In this document: piece after piece, positions 19,963 to 30,943 of the stretch | Layout: each line of letters opens with the position of its first letter | How positions within the stretch are numbered: the first letter of the stretch is position 1 | Origin: a bacterium | Lineage (GTDB): Bacteria > Patescibacteriota > Minisyncoccia > Phycocordibacterales > Phycocordibacteraceae | Reading direction: 5' to 3' | NCBI GenBank assembly: GCA_037200965.1 | Contig: JBBCGK010000001.1 | Span: 640,001 to 704,000 of the forward strand | DNA length: 64,000 nucleotides | The notes under the pieces: model-generated | The model's input: only the letters and a program-made list of their open reading frames with translations | What the model was told of the DNA's origin: nothing | Database searches by the model: none | Made by a program: the position numbers and the translations under genes

Positions 19963-20391
19963 ATGAACAATCCTGAATTCCGCGAACTCGCGCAGGAAAT
20001 CGATCTGTTTTTGTATTCGGCTGACGGCGAGCGCATCACCGACTATCTGAAGTTCCATGAGAAGCGTATCGTCCTGTTCCGCTCCACGGACTTGGGCGTA
20101 TACCGCTGCTACGGCCTCATGTATGCGGGCTTCGCCTGCTGGGCGGATGCCGACGTCGAGCCCGACGCTGACCCGGCGCTTCGTTCGCTTGACGCTGAGT
20201 CATTCGTCGCGCGCTGGTTCAAGGAAACGGGCGACAACTCCGCCGCGTCGCTCGTCGAAGCGATCAGGCAGGGTTATAGGCGGTTGTGCGAAGAGGATGA
20301 AAACCCCCCGCTCACTGGCCTTGTCCTCGGAATTATCGTTTTCCTCGCCGTTTTCATCTTCCTTGGACTCAAGATCACGGGTCATCTCTGA
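19963..20391 (+). CDS. hypothetical tail-anchored membrane protein (142 aa)
   Basis: single C-terminal hydrophobic helix LTGLVLGIIVFLAVFIFLGL. Confidence 0.4.
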   Translation: MNNPEFRELAQEIDLFLYSADGERITDYLKFHEKRIVLFRSTDLGVYRCYGLMYAGFACWADADVEPDADPALRSLDAESFVARWFKETGDNSAASLVEAIRQGYRRLCEEDENPPLTGLVLGIIVFLAVFIFLGLKITGHL

Positions 20392-20429
20392 CGGCCCGTT
20401 CGCAAGAACCGGTACAACACTTGGGCGCG

Positions 20430-20463
20430 GGCCCGGACCACAAATCCGGGCCTTTGCTTTTCC
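20430..20463 (+). terminator. rho-independent terminator
   Basis: GGCCCGGA-CCACAAA-TCCGGGCC then TTTGCTTTTCC. Confidence 0.5.
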
Positions 20464-20549
20464 TAGAAAACCCGCTACTCTATGGATAACGCCTCGGCGC
20501 TTTTATTTTTACCGCTTCCAGACACAACACATCCCTTACGTACTAGTAT

Positions 20550-22697
20550 ATGAACCGCGACTACCCGCTTGAGAAAGTCAGGAACTTCGGAATCATCGCC
20601 CATATCGACGCCGGAAAGACCACCACGTCCGAGCGCATTTTGTATTACACCGGTTCCCAGCACAAAATCGGCGAGGTGCACGACGGAGAGACCACGACCG
20701 ACTGGATGGAGCAGGAGCGGGAGCGCGGCATCACCATCACGGCCGCCGCCATCACCTCCTTCTGGACCCGCACCAGCGAGCCGGACAAGAAGGACGTTTC
20801 GAAAAAGTTCCGCTTCAACATCATCGACACGCCGGGACACATCGACTTCACGGTCGAGGTGAAGCGGTCCATGCGCGTCCTTGACGGCGCGGTCGTCGTT
20901 TTCGACGGCGTCGCGGGCGTCGAGCCGCAGTCGGAGACCAACTGGCGCTATGCGGACGAGGCCAATGTGCCGCGCCTCTGTTTCATCAACAAGCTCGATC
21001 GCACGGGCGCATCGTTCGAGTTCTCCTATAAGAGCATTCTCGACCGCCTCTCGAAGAAGGCCGTGCGCATGCAGATCCCGGTGGGAGAGGAAGACCAGCA
21101 CGAAGGCGTCATCGACCTCCTTTCCATGAAGGCTTTCACCTTCACGGGCAACATGGGCGACATCGTGACCGAGGGAGAGATCCCGGCGAACCTCCTTGAG
21201 GACGCGAAGAAATACCGCGCAGAGCTCATCGAGCGGATCGTCGAGCACGACGAGGCGGCGATGAGCGCGTATCTTGAGGGCAGGGAGCCCGAAGTGGCGG
21301 AGCTTAAGACGATTCTCCGCAAGGCCGTGATCGCGAACGCGATCTTCCCGGTCTTCACCGGTTCCGCGCTCAAGAACAAGGGCGTGCAGCTCGTGCTTGA
21401 CGCCGTCGTCGACTATCTCCCGTCGCCTCTCGACATGCCGCCCGTCAAAGGCATCAACCCGAAGACCGGCGAGGAGGTCGTCCGCAGGGCTTCCGACGAC
21501 GAGCCGTTCACCGCGCTTGCCTTCAAGCTCCAGACCGATCCGTTCGTCGGTGCCCTTACGTTCTTCCGCGTCTATGCGGGAACTTTGACCGCAGGCTCGT
21601 ACGTATACAACTCGACGACCGGCAGCAAGGAGCGCGTCGGCCGCATCGTGCGGCTTCAGGCTGATAAGCGCGAGGAAGTGGAGAAGGTGTTCGCGGGAGA
21701 GATCGCGGCGGCCGTAGGTCTCAAGGACACGAAGACTGCGCACACGCTCTGCGACGAGGCGAATCCGATCATCCTCGAGACTATCAAGTTCCCGGAGCCG
21801 GTGGTATCGCTTCGCATCGAGCCGAAAACCAAGGCCGACCAGGAGAAAATGGGCATGGCGCTCAAGAAGCTCTCCGACGAGGACCCGACCTTCCGCGTCA
21901 CCTCGGACGCCGAAACCATGGAGACCATCATCTCGGGGATGGGCGAGCTGCATCTCGAGATTCTGGTCGACCGCATGCAGCGGGAGTTCAACGTGGGCGC
22001 GAATGTCGGGAAGCCGCAGGTGGCATACCGCGAGACGGTGCTCGGCGCGTCCGATGCCGAAGGCAAGTACATCAAGCAGACCGGCGGCAAGGGCCAGTAC
22101 GGGCATGTGAAGATCAAGATGAAGCACCTCGAGCCTTTGGACCCTGAAGCGAAGATTCCGAAGAACGTCACGCGCGAAGCCAATTTCGAATTCATCAACA
22201 ACATCAAAGGCGGCGTGGTGCCGGCTGAGTTCATCGCTCCCGTCGAGAAGGGTATCCGCGAGTCGATGGCGCGCGGCATTCTCGCGGGCTTCCCGGTCGT
22301 CGACATCTCCGTCGACCTCTACGACGGTTCGTACCACGACGTGGACTCCTCGGAAATCGCCTTCAAGATCGCGGCATCGATGGCCTTCAAGGAAGCCGCG
22401 ACCCGCGCGAAGCCGGTGATTCTCGAGCCGATCATGAAAGTGGAGGTGGTGGTGCCGGAGAAGTTCATGGGCGACATCACGGGGAACCTCTCCGGGAAGC
22501 GCGCTTCGATCGAAGGCATGGAAGAGCGCGGCATGAACAAGGCGGTGCACGCCAAGGTGCCGCTCTCCGAGATGTTCGGGTATACGACGACGCTGCGCTC
22601 CATGACCGAGGGCCGCGGCTCCATGACCATGGAATTCGACCACTACGAAGTCGTGCCCCAAAACGTCGCGCAGGACATCATCGCGAGCAGGAAGTAG
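20550..22697 (+). CDS. fusA: elongation factor G
   Basis: [16 protein letters not shown]-domain, domains II-V; 715 aa. Confidence 0.95.
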   Translation: MNRDYPLEKVRNFGIIAHIDAGKTTTSERILYYTGSQHKIGEVHDGETTTDWMEQERERGITITAAAITSFWTRTSEPDKKDVSKKFRFNIIDTPGHIDFTVEVKRSMRVLDGAVVVFDGVAGVEPQSETNWRYADEANVPRLCFINKLDRTGASFEFSYKSILDRLSKKAVRMQIPVGEEDQHEGVIDLLSMKAFTFTGNMGDIVTEGEIPANLLEDAKKYRAELIERIVEHDEAAMSAYLEGREPEVAELKTILRKAVIANAIFPVFTGSALKNKGVQLVLDAVVDYLPSPLDMPPVKGINPKTGEEVVRRASDDEPFTALAFKLQTDPFVGALTFFRVYAGTLTAGSYVYNSTTGSKERVGRIVRLQADKREEVEKVFAGEIAAAVGLKDTKTAHTLCDEANPIILETIKFPEPVVSLRIEPKTKADQEKMGMALKKLSDEDPTFRVTSDAETMETIISGMGELHLEILVDRMQREFNVGANVGKPQVAYRETVLGASDAEGKYIKQTGGKGQYGHVKIKMKHLEPLDPEAKIPKNVTREANFEFINNIKGGVVPAEFIAPVEKGIRESMARGILAGFPVVDISVDLYDGSYHDVDSSEIAFKIAASMAFKEAATRAKPVILEPIMKVEVVVPEKFMGDITGNLSGKRASIEGMEERGMNKAVHAKVPLSEMFGYTTTLRSMTEGRGSMTMEFDHYEVVPQNVAQDIIASRK

Positions 22698-22714
22698 CTT
22701 CCTGAGTATCAGGC

Positions 22715-22747
22715 AAAACCCCGGCGTGCTGTGCACGCCGGGGTTTT
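22715..22747 (+). terminator. rho-independent terminator after fusA
   Basis: AAAACCCCGGCGTGC-TGT-GCACGCCGGGGTTTT. Confidence 0.6.
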
Positions 22748-22936
22748 GCTCATCTTTCCGCTTCTTGCAATCTTCAGGGCGTTCGGTTACATTCAACATA
22801 ACGCAGGCCTGCGGCTTTTTGCTGTTTCAGCGGGAAGTCGCGCCGCGGCAATTATCCGATTCGCGTCTTGCGCCTTGGTCGCCTGCCCTTCGCAGGCAGG
22901 CGCGCGCGGTAACAGTTCCGATAACTTTACAATCAT

Positions 22937-24139
<1,203 letters not shown>

Positions 24140-24161
24140 GGTTCCAATCGGTTCGAAAAAG

Positions 24162-24191
24162 AAAAGCCCCGGCCTTGGCCGGGGCTTTTCT
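24162..24191 (+). terminator. rho-independent terminator after tuf
   Basis: GCCCCGGCC-TT-GGCCGGGGC then TTTTCT. Confidence 0.6.
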
Positions 24192-24236
24192 ACTTGCGCT
24201 TTTAGCGGCCATGGTGCATACTCGCGGATACGTTCT

Positions 24237-24617
24237 ATGACAGCAGCGACGATCACTCCGAAGCCCAAGCGCGCCTCGAAAAAGGCGGCTGATGTCGCTG
24301 TACCTCCTGCCGAAGCGAAGCTCCGCATCCGCATCAAGGCCTACGAGCACAAGATCCTCGACCTTTCCGTAAAGCAGATCATGGATACCGCGGCACGTTT
24401 CGACGCGAAGGTCGTGGGCCCGGTGCCGCTCCCGACCGAGATCAAGCGCTGGACGGTAAACCGTTCGACATTCGTCCATAAGGACGCGCGCGAGCAGTTC
24501 GAGATGCGCATCCATAAGCGTCTTATCGACATTCTCTCCCCGAATCCGAAAGTGATCGAAGCGCTGACGAATCTCAATCTTCCGTCGGGCGTCACGATCG
24601 ACGTGAAGATGGTGTAG
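24237..24617 (+). CDS. rpsJ: 30S ribosomal protein S10 with ~25-aa N-terminal extension
   Basis: LRIRIKAYEHKILD...GPVPLPT...HKRLIDIL. Confidence 0.85.
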   Translation: MTAATITPKPKRASKKAADVAVPPAEAKLRIRIKAYEHKILDLSVKQIMDTAARFDAKVVGPVPLPTEIKRWTVNRSTFVHKDAREQFEMRIHKRLIDILSPNPKVIEALTNLNLPSGVTIDVKMV

Positions 24618-24640
24618 CCGTATTTTAAAAGGAATGAAGA

Positions 24641-24668
24641 AAACCGCCGGTAGGCGGTTTCCTTTTTT
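24641..24668 (+). terminator. hairpin AAACCGCC-GGTA-GGCGGTTT plus TTTTTT immediately after rpsJ
   Basis: 8-bp stem plus T6 run. Confidence 0.55.
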
Positions 24669-24724
24669 GTGCTGAAGGCAGGGCCTGTGCTAGGCTTTGA
24701 CGGGACAACTGTGAAGGTAGATCT

Positions 24725-24898
24725 ATGGGTCAAATGAAACGTTTGTGGGGAAAGTTGCAGACTGAAGGCAGGCAACCTCCCAAGGCCGGAAAGACGTCTG
24801 ATCAACTCGGTCTTCACCTTGATGAAGAGGCTCCGGTTGCTCACGACGGGAAGCCGGGCCGGCTCTTCTATCTGGATAAGCCAGAAAATGGAGAGTGA
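24725..24898 (+). CDS. possible small ORF (57 aa) in rpsJ-rplC spacer
   Basis: ATG with GAAGGTAG 7 nt upstream; below the track length cutoff; no homology recognised. Confidence 0.15.
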   Translation: MGQMKRLWGKLQTEGRQPPKAGKTSDQLGLHLDEEAPVAHDGKPGRLFYLDKPENGE

Positions 24899-25072
24899 GC
24901 TTCCGGCGCTACACACCTAACAAAGGCCGCGGGCGAAAGCCCGCGGCCTTGGAGTTTGCATCTTTCGGAGCCTTCGTGTAGAGTGCCCCTATCGCTACGA
25001 ACGGTGCCCTTGGCCGGTCCAATGGCAATTCGCGCTGCTGCGATTGCTGCTAGCGCGTTTTGCTTTAGCCAC

Positions 25073-25705
25073 ATGAAATTCCTACTCGCAAAGAAACAGG
25101 GCATGACCCAGATCTTCACCGACAAAGGCGAGGCTTTTGCCGGTACCGTCCTCGTCGCGGGCCCCGTTACCGTCACTCAGGTGAAGGGCAAGGAGAAGGA
25201 AGGATATTCGGCCGTGCAGGTAGGCTTTGGCGCCCGCAAAGCGAAGAACCTCTCGAAGCCCGTTGCAGGACATCTGAAGGGGAAGAGCTTCGCGGCGCTC
25301 CGCGAGTTCCGCACGGACGATGCGTCCGCGCACGAACTCGGCTCCGAAATTTCCGTCGACACGTTCGCTCCGGGAGACATCGTCCGCGTCTCGGGCGTCA
25401 CCAAGGGCAAGGGTTTCCAGGGCACCGTGAAGCGCCATGGTTTCCACGGCGGGCGCCGCACGCACGGCCAGAAGCACTCGGAGCGCGAGCCGGGGTCGAT
25501 CGGCGGATCGGGCGGCCGCGCCGGAGGCCGGGTCGCGAAGGGCATCCGCATGAGCGGGCGCATGGGCGGCGACCGTGTTACGGTCGAGAACCTGAAGGTG
25601 CTGTCGGTCGACACGAAGGCGGGCACGATCATCATTTCGGGAGCGGTTCCGGGCGCACGCGGCGCGCTTCTTGAGATAACGTCGATGCACGGCAAGAGCG
25701 CATAA
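25073..25705 (+). CDS. rplC: 50S ribosomal protein L3
   Basis: MKFLLAKKQGMTQIF start inside the 24956..25705 ORF. Confidence 0.85.
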   Translation: MKFLLAKKQGMTQIFTDKGEAFAGTVLVAGPVTVTQVKGKEKEGYSAVQVGFGARKAKNLSKPVAGHLKGKSFAALREFRTDDASAHELGSEISVDTFAPGDIVRVSGVTKGKGFQGTVKRHGFHGGRRTHGQKHSEREPGSIGGSGGRAGGRVAKGIRMSGRMGGDRVTVENLKVLSVDTKAGTIIISGAVPGARGALLEITSMHGKSA

Positions 25706-25713
25706 ATTTCCGT

Positions 25714-26472
25714 ATGGCAACCAACAACACGAAAAACAAGAATAAGCTGAATGCCAAAAAGGTTGCGCCTAAGAAGGCGGTCGTTCCCGCTGCTCCGGCG
25801 AAGGTGCTTGAGGCCACGGTGTACGACATGAAGGGCAAGAGCGCCGGGACCATTACGCTTCCGGCAGAAATCTTCGGCAAGCCGTGGCGCCCGGCCATGG
25901 TGCACCAGGTCGCGCTCGCGATGGAAGCGAACGCCCGCCCGGTCGTGGCGAACACGAAGGGCCGCGGCGAAGTGCGCGGCGGAGGCAGGAAGCCCTGGAA
26001 GCAGAAGGGCACCGGCCGCGCTCGCCACGGCTCCTCGCGCTCTCCTATCTGGAGGGGCGGCGGCATCACCTTCGGCCCGACTTCCGAGCGCTCCTACAAG
26101 GAGAAGATCAACCGCAAGCTCCGCGTCGCCGCGCTCTTCTCCGTGCTTTCGAAGAAAGCGAAGGACGGCGAAGTGCTCTTCGTCGACAAATTCACCATGG
26201 GCGCTCCGAAGACCGCCGTGGCCAAGGCCGCGCTCGTCGCGATCGGCTCCGCCGCGGGTGCCGACCGCCTTACGACCAAGGCCAGGAATTCCGCGGTTAT
26301 CGCGCTTGGAAGCAAGAACCTCATGATCGAGAAGAGCTTCCGTAATATCGGCAACCTCGTCGTCGAAGAAGTCAGGAACCTCAACCCGGTGACGCTTCTC
26401 AAGTACCGCTATCTCATAATCGAGCAGCCTGCCGAGGCGTTCAAGACGCTCACGGCGCGCTCCGCAAAATAA
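25714..26472 (+). CDS. rplD: 50S ribosomal protein L4 with Lys-rich N-terminal extension
   Basis: L4 core GGGRKPWKQKGTGRAR. Confidence 0.9.
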   Translation: MATNNTKNKNKLNAKKVAPKKAVVPAAPAKVLEATVYDMKGKSAGTITLPAEIFGKPWRPAMVHQVALAMEANARPVVANTKGRGEVRGGGRKPWKQKGTGRARHGSSRSPIWRGGGITFGPTSERSYKEKINRKLRVAALFSVLSKKAKDGEVLFVDKFTMGAPKTAVAKAALVAIGSAAGADRLTTKARNSAVIALGSKNLMIEKSFRNIGNLVVEEVRNLNPVTLLKYRYLIIEQPAEAFKTLTARSAK

Positions 26473-26474
26473 CC

Positions 26475-26879
26475 ATGGCTATTTTTTCCAAATCAACCCC
26501 CAAGAAGGCCAAGATGCCGAAGAAAGTAACGGTATCCCCGAACGCCGGAGCGCGCGTGCTCAAGTCTTCCCGCGGCCGCGGCGTTTCCGCCTCGACCGGC
26601 CGCACCTCCGACGTGCTTCGCGCACCGTGGCTTTCGGAAAAGGCGCTTATCGCGACCGAGCGCGGCGTGTACGTGTTCGCCATTCCCGAGAAGGCGACGA
26701 AGTACGACGTGGCCGCGGCGGTTACCGCCATCTACAAAGTCACCCCGAAGAAAGTGAACATCGTGAACCTTCCGGCGAAACTTAAGATGATGCGCACGCG
26801 CCGCGGGCTCGGCAAGCAAAGCGTCCGCCGGAAGGCATACGTATTCCTTCAGGCCGGAGACACCATTCAATTCGCATAA
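26475..26879 (+). CDS. rplW: 50S ribosomal protein L23 with N-terminal extension
   Basis: L23 core YVFAIPEKATKYDV... Confidence 0.85.
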   Translation: MAIFSKSTPKKAKMPKKVTVSPNAGARVLKSSRGRGVSASTGRTSDVLRAPWLSEKALIATERGVYVFAIPEKATKYDVAAAVTAIYKVTPKKVNIVNLPAKLKMMRTRRGLGKQSVRRKAYVFLQAGDTIQFA

Positions 26880-26885
26880 ACCCTT

Positions 26886-27734
26886 ATGAAATCCTATCGC
26901 CCGACCAGCAAGAGCCGCCGTGCCATGACGACGCTCCCGTACAAGGAGCTCCTTTCCGGCGCGAAGCCGCATAAGCCGCTCATGGGCTCGAAGAAGCGCC
27001 AAGGGGGCCGCAACAACGCGGGCCGCGTGAGCGTCCGGCACCAGGGCGGCGGGCACAAGCGCCTCTATCGCGACGTCGATTTCAAGTACGACAAGAAAGG
27101 AATCCCGGCGAAGATCGAGACCGTCGAATATGATCCGTATCGCTCGGGCTTCATCGCGCTCGCGCTCTATGCCGACGGCGCCCGCCGCTACGTGCTCGCG
27201 CCCAAGGGTCTTTCGGTCGGCGATTCCTTCATCGTCGCCGAGGATGCGCCGCTTAAGAGCGGCAACCGACTCCCGATCGGGAAGATTCCCGTCGGCACCT
27301 TCATCTATAACGTCGAACTTCGCCCGGGCGCAGGCGCGCTTCTCGCCCGTTCTGCGGGAAACTACGCGGAAGTGGTCGCGCACGACCAGGGCTATGCTCA
27401 GGTTAAATTGCCGTCGACCGAAATCCGCAGGGTGTCCGATCTTTGCTGGGCTTCGGTGGGTTCGGTGGGGAACGAGGAATACAATCTCGTGAACCTCGGT
27501 AAGGCGGGCCGCTCGCGCTGGCTTGGCATCCGCCCGACGGTTCGCGGTACGGCCATGAACCCGGTCGACCATCCGCATGGCGGCGGCGAAGGAAGGCAGG
27601 GCCGCGGACTCAGGAGGGCGAAGAGCGCCTGGGGCAAGCCGACCGGCAAAGGCCAGAAGAGCCGCACGCCGAAGAAGTACTCGAACGTCTTCATCGTCTC
27701 GAGGAGGAAAGTCGGGAAGAAGAGGAAAGGATAA
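26886..27734 (+). CDS. rplB: 50S ribosomal protein L2
   Basis: L2 motifs GGGHKRLYR, RNPVDHPHGGGEG. Confidence 0.95.
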   Translation: MKSYRPTSKSRRAMTTLPYKELLSGAKPHKPLMGSKKRQGGRNNAGRVSVRHQGGGHKRLYRDVDFKYDKKGIPAKIETVEYDPYRSGFIALALYADGARRYVLAPKGLSVGDSFIVAEDAPLKSGNRLPIGKIPVGTFIYNVELRPGAGALLARSAGNYAEVVAHDQGYAQVKLPSTEIRRVSDLCWASVGSVGNEEYNLVNLGKAGRSRWLGIRPTVRGTAMNPVDHPHGGGEGRQGRGLRRAKSAWGKPTGKGQKSRTPKKYSNVFIVSRRKVGKKRKG

Positions 27735-28668
27735 TTTTACAAGGGTAATCCCTAATTCCTGCCACCAAACCCAGTGCCCTGAACGAGCGTGAGCAGACGC
27801 TCCTCCTGCTCGGCAAGCGTCTTCGTGCGGCGGTTGAACTTCCAGGCGATCTCTCCGACGAAGAGGTACAGATGCGTACGGCGCATGCCGCCGATGCATC
27901 CGAGACGACGCTTCAAGAGCCCCCAGAAGCCCTCGATGTTGTTCGTATGCACGTCGCCGCGTACGAGCTCTCCGCCGTCATGATCCACGTACTCGTGACG
28001 GTACCCCCGCTTCTTGAGGCCGCGGTATGTTTTGAAGCCGTCGGTATACACGTACGCTCCCTCCGGCACCAGCCGCTCGATCGTGCTGAAGATGGTCCTC
28101 CAATCAAGCTTCTTGGGGAGTATGGCGACATATACCTGTCCGGAGGTCCGCGAAAAGAGCCCGAAGATGGGAAGCTTGTCGGTCCCGTGACCGCGCTTCG
28201 TTTCCAGACGCCGGATGTGGAGACGTTTGTTCTTGCGCTGGCCGCCGATGTACGTTTCGTCCATCTCGATTGGACCGGGAAGCACGGCTGGCTGGTCAGC
28301 CGTCATGACCGTACGGAGATGGAGTGCCATGCGCTCCACGCGCGAATGCGGTATTCCCGTCTCCTCAACGATACGTTTGATCGTCCGCTCCCTGAGGAAG
28401 ACACGTATGCACTTCCGCCACTCGGCTTCCGTGCTGCGGATGCCCTCAACTGGAGCTGCGTGCCCGCTCCACTCGCGTCTGCACCGCCTGCACTTCAGTT
28501 TGTTCCTGCGGAGTTTCCAGGCACGGCGGAAGGCGCAATACGGACATACAGGAGCGGGCATATATGGTGGCACTATTAGGTATTGCACCACTGTGCCCGT
28601 CAGAGAGCCTCACGCAAGGATATTTCAAAGATATGTGGTGGCAGAGTTAGGGATTACCCTTTACAAAA
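27735..28668 (-). mobile_element. IS1595-family insertion sequence (934 bp) with ~33-bp terminal inverted repeats, inserted immediately after the rplB stop codon
   Basis: TTTTACAAGGGTAATCCCTAATTCCTGCCACCA (27735-27767) vs reverse complement of GTGGTGGCAGAGTTAGGGATTACCCTTTACAAAAG (28634-28668). Confidence 0.8.
27752..28591 (-). CDS. IS1595-family (ISXO2-like) transposase
   Basis: N-terminal CPYC...CRRC zinc ribbon, DETYIGG, HTNNIEGFWGLLKR; stop inside the IR; alternative start at 28561. Confidence 0.85.
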   Translation of the reverse strand: MVQYLIVPPYMPAPVCPYCAFRRAWKLRRNKLKCRRCRREWSGHAAPVEGIRSTEAEWRKCIRVFLRERTIKRIVEETGIPHSRVERMALHLRTVMTADQPAVLPGPIEMDETYIGGQRKNKRLHIRRLETKRGHGTDKLPIFGLFSRTSGQVYVAILPKKLDWRTIFSTIERLVPEGAYVYTDGFKTYRGLKKRGYRHEYVDHDGGELVRGDVHTNNIEGFWGLLKRRLGCIGGMRRTHLYLFVGEIAWKFNRRTKTLAEQEERLLTLVQGTGFGGRN

Positions 28669-28671
28669 GAA

Positions 28672-28700
28672 AAAGCCCCGCCAGACCGGCGGGGCTTTTT
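28672..28700. terminator. bidirectional hairpin terminator GCCCCGCC-AGACC-GGCGGGGC flanked by A- and T-runs
   Basis: 8-bp GC stem with AAAAA upstream and TTTTT downstream. Confidence 0.55.
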
Positions 28701-28709
28701 CTTTCCGGC

Positions 28710-29495
28710 TTATTGGTATTCGGGCTTCAAGATGTCCGCGAAATCGGAACGCGGCAGGCGCACGGTCTGCGGACCTATGGCATACGGGCCGACGGCGTAA
28801 GGAGGGAAGAAAATAAGGAGATCGGTACCGTCAAGCGCAAAGAACTGGAAATTTCCCGCGTCGTCCGGCGACGTTCCGGTGTCGACGAAATCCGGAAGCG
28901 CGTACTCCCCGAGCGCTGCGTACAGGAATGCCCGCGATGCTCTGGAGAGCGCGTCGAGATACGGCGCGCTACGCATGAACAGATCGCCAAGTTGGAGTGC
29001 CTTGCCGGTCGTGGAATCGAATGTGAACGTGCGGTAGTAGCTGTTGGGGTGCGCACCGAGCGTATCCTCGTAAATACTGAAGACATAGGAGAGCGTACGG
29101 GGTGACGCATATGCCGCATACTCGATATCCTGCGCGTATTTCTTATCAGGCCCGAGTTCCTGAAGTTTTATATCTTCTTCCGTAAGGTTTCCGAGGCGGT
29201 TCTGGTTCTTGAATTCCGCTTCCGCGGCCAGTACCCATGTCTCCATGACCTTTGCCGCATGTGCGTCCGCCTCCGCCCCGGCGGTTACAAGAAGCGGGGT
29301 TGATGCGGGATAGATGGCGTCGATGAGGTAGTAGTCGGCGTGGTCCGCAACCGTCTTGGAGGTCGTAGTTGCATTTTCCCCGGAAGGGACAGGGGCCACT
29401 CCGGGTGCCGGATTCTCGGCCATGTACCAGAGAAGGCAGGCAAGTATGGCAACCAGCACCGCACCGAGCGCGATCCGTTCGCAAGTGGTGTTCAT
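28710..29495 (-). CDS. membrane-anchored DUF3298/RsiV-like domain protein
   Basis: N-terminal anchor; C-terminal region resembles the DUF3298 family; recognition from memory only. Confidence 0.4.
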   Translation of the reverse strand: MNTTCERIALGAVLVAILACLLWYMAENPAPGVAPVPSGENATTTSKTVADHADYYLIDAIYPASTPLLVTAGAEADAHAAKVMETWVLAAEAEFKNQNRLGNLTEEDIKLQELGPDKKYAQDIEYAAYASPRTLSYVFSIYEDTLGAHPNSYYRTFTFDSTTGKALQLGDLFMRSAPYLDALSRASRAFLYAALGEYALPDFVDTGTSPDDAGNFQFFALDGTDLLIFFPPYAVGPYAIGPQTVRLPRSDFADILKPEYQ

Positions 29496-29599
29496 GCGAG
29501 AAAGTGTAGCACCCGCATATCAGGGAAAAATGAAGGGCTCCGGAATAGCCAAATGAAAGGGCCCGGGCGGTAATGCCACCCGGGCCCCCCAACGAAGGC

Positions 29600-30049
29600 T
29601 TAAGATTTGCAGGGACCTGTCCCGCAGGTTTTGCAACTTTTGCACGTTCCGTGTCTTATCCCTTTTCTCTTTCGGGAATTTCGCGCCTCTTCTCCGGGCA
29701 TGGCTTCGCCGAAGCGCGCGAAATAGAGCTTCGAGGTTCTCGCGTACCCTCTGCGGGAGCTTGCGTTCGGCTCAAGTTCAGGCTGATGGTGGAGGAAACC
29801 GCCGAAGACCGTCTGACAGTCCGAAGCGTACTTCTTCGTCATCAGGATATGTTCATGCCAGGCCCAGTCGATCATGTGAGACGGTGCCAGAGATTTGCGC
29901 GGATTTTCGCGGCAAAGCGTGTAGAACCGGCGCAAACCGAGAACGCACATCTTTGCGACCGGTTCGGTAAGACGCAAGGCAAGTTTGTGCTCCACTGCCC
30001 CGAGGTCGAGTCTCCGGATAGCGCTTGGAAGGTTCTTTTTGACGGCCAT
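29600..30049 (-). CDS. small DUF1399-like protein with Cys-rich C-terminal tail
   Basis: DWAWHEHILMTKKYASDC..FGGFLHH resembles the WHxHxL motif of GRDP/DUF1399; tail HGTCKSCKTCGTGPC. Confidence 0.3.
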   Translation of the reverse strand: MAVKKNLPSAIRRLDLGAVEHKLALRLTEPVAKMCVLGLRRFYTLCRENPRKSLAPSHMIDWAWHEHILMTKKYASDCQTVFGGFLHHQPELEPNASSRRGYARTSKLYFARFGEAMPGEEARNSRKRKGIRHGTCKSCKTCGTGPCKS

Positions 30050-30257
30050 CTCGGCCTCCTGCTGTGATTGCCGTTCCAGAGTAGCAAGGCGCGCAGCACC
30101 AGGTCAACCATAGAATCATACAAGTATAATGTGTTTTGTCTACGTTTTAAAACGGCCTTGCAAGTACGAGCTCTTTTGAAACGGTACGATTTGACTCTTT
30201 ATCCCGGCTCCTGTATCTTGCACCTATCTCGCGCTATGCGCGGGCTTTACCTTACTC

Positions 30258-30608
30258 ATGTCCCGATCGCTCAAGAAAGGTCCCTACGTGGACGCGAAGC
30301 TCATAAAGAAGCTTCGCGACAAGAAACCGGCTACCGCCGGGGTGATTAAGACGTGGGCGAGAGGTTCCCAGATCGCCCCGGAGATGGTCGGCTTCACGTT
30401 CGGCGTCTATAACGGACAGAAGCACCTCGAGGTGCTCGTCTCCGAGGAGATGGTAGGGCACCGCCTCGGCGAATTCTCCCCGACCAAGAAGTTCGTCCGG
30501 CACGGAGGCAAGATGCAGAAGGAGCTCGAGCAGAAGCGCCAGGAGTCCGAGATCGCGTCCGCGAAGGCCGCCTCAGCCGCTCCTGCCAAGGCCCCGGCAA
30601 AGAAATAA
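30258..30608 (+). CDS. rpsS: 30S ribosomal protein S19 with Ala/Lys-rich C-terminal extension
   Basis: SLKKGPYVD...KHLEV. Confidence 0.9.
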   Translation: MSRSLKKGPYVDAKLIKKLRDKKPATAGVIKTWARGSQIAPEMVGFTFGVYNGQKHLEVLVSEEMVGHRLGEFSPTKKFVRHGGKMQKELEQKRQESEIASAKAASAAPAKAPAKK

Positions 30609-30611
30609 TCC

Positions 30612-30932
30612 ATGAAAGCCGAACTCACCGGATACAACCAGGCCCCGCGCAAAGTCCGCCTCGTCACCGACATGGTGAAGGGGAAGACCGTCGAGGCGGC
30701 TCTCGCCGCGCTCACCTTCTTCCCGAAGCGCGCTGCCGAGCCCATCGCGAAGCTCATCAAGTCCGCCGCCGCAAACGCGAAGCAGCAGGGCGTCGAGGAG
30801 CCGATGAAGCTGGTCGTCAAGAACATCGAGGTCAACAGCTCGGGGATGCTGACTCGTTTCCGCGCCCGCGCGATGGGCCGCTCGGCGACGATCCGGCACC
30901 GGAAGAGTCGCGTCGCGGTCACCCTCGCATAG
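30612..30932 (+). CDS. rplV: 50S ribosomal protein L22
   Basis: L22 sequence. Confidence 0.85.
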   Translation: MKAELTGYNQAPRKVRLVTDMVKGKTVEAALAALTFFPKRAAEPIAKLIKSAAANAKQQGVEEPMKLVVKNIEVNSSGMLTRFRARAMGRSATIRHRKSRVAVTLA

Positions 30933-30943
30933 ATTTACATACC

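Noticed and set aside
24141-24160. tRNA-like GGTTCGAA motif after tuf
   Set aside because: No acceptor stem or anticodon arm can be folded and there is no 3' CCA context. It is part of the tuf terminator region. No tRNA genes were found in the window.
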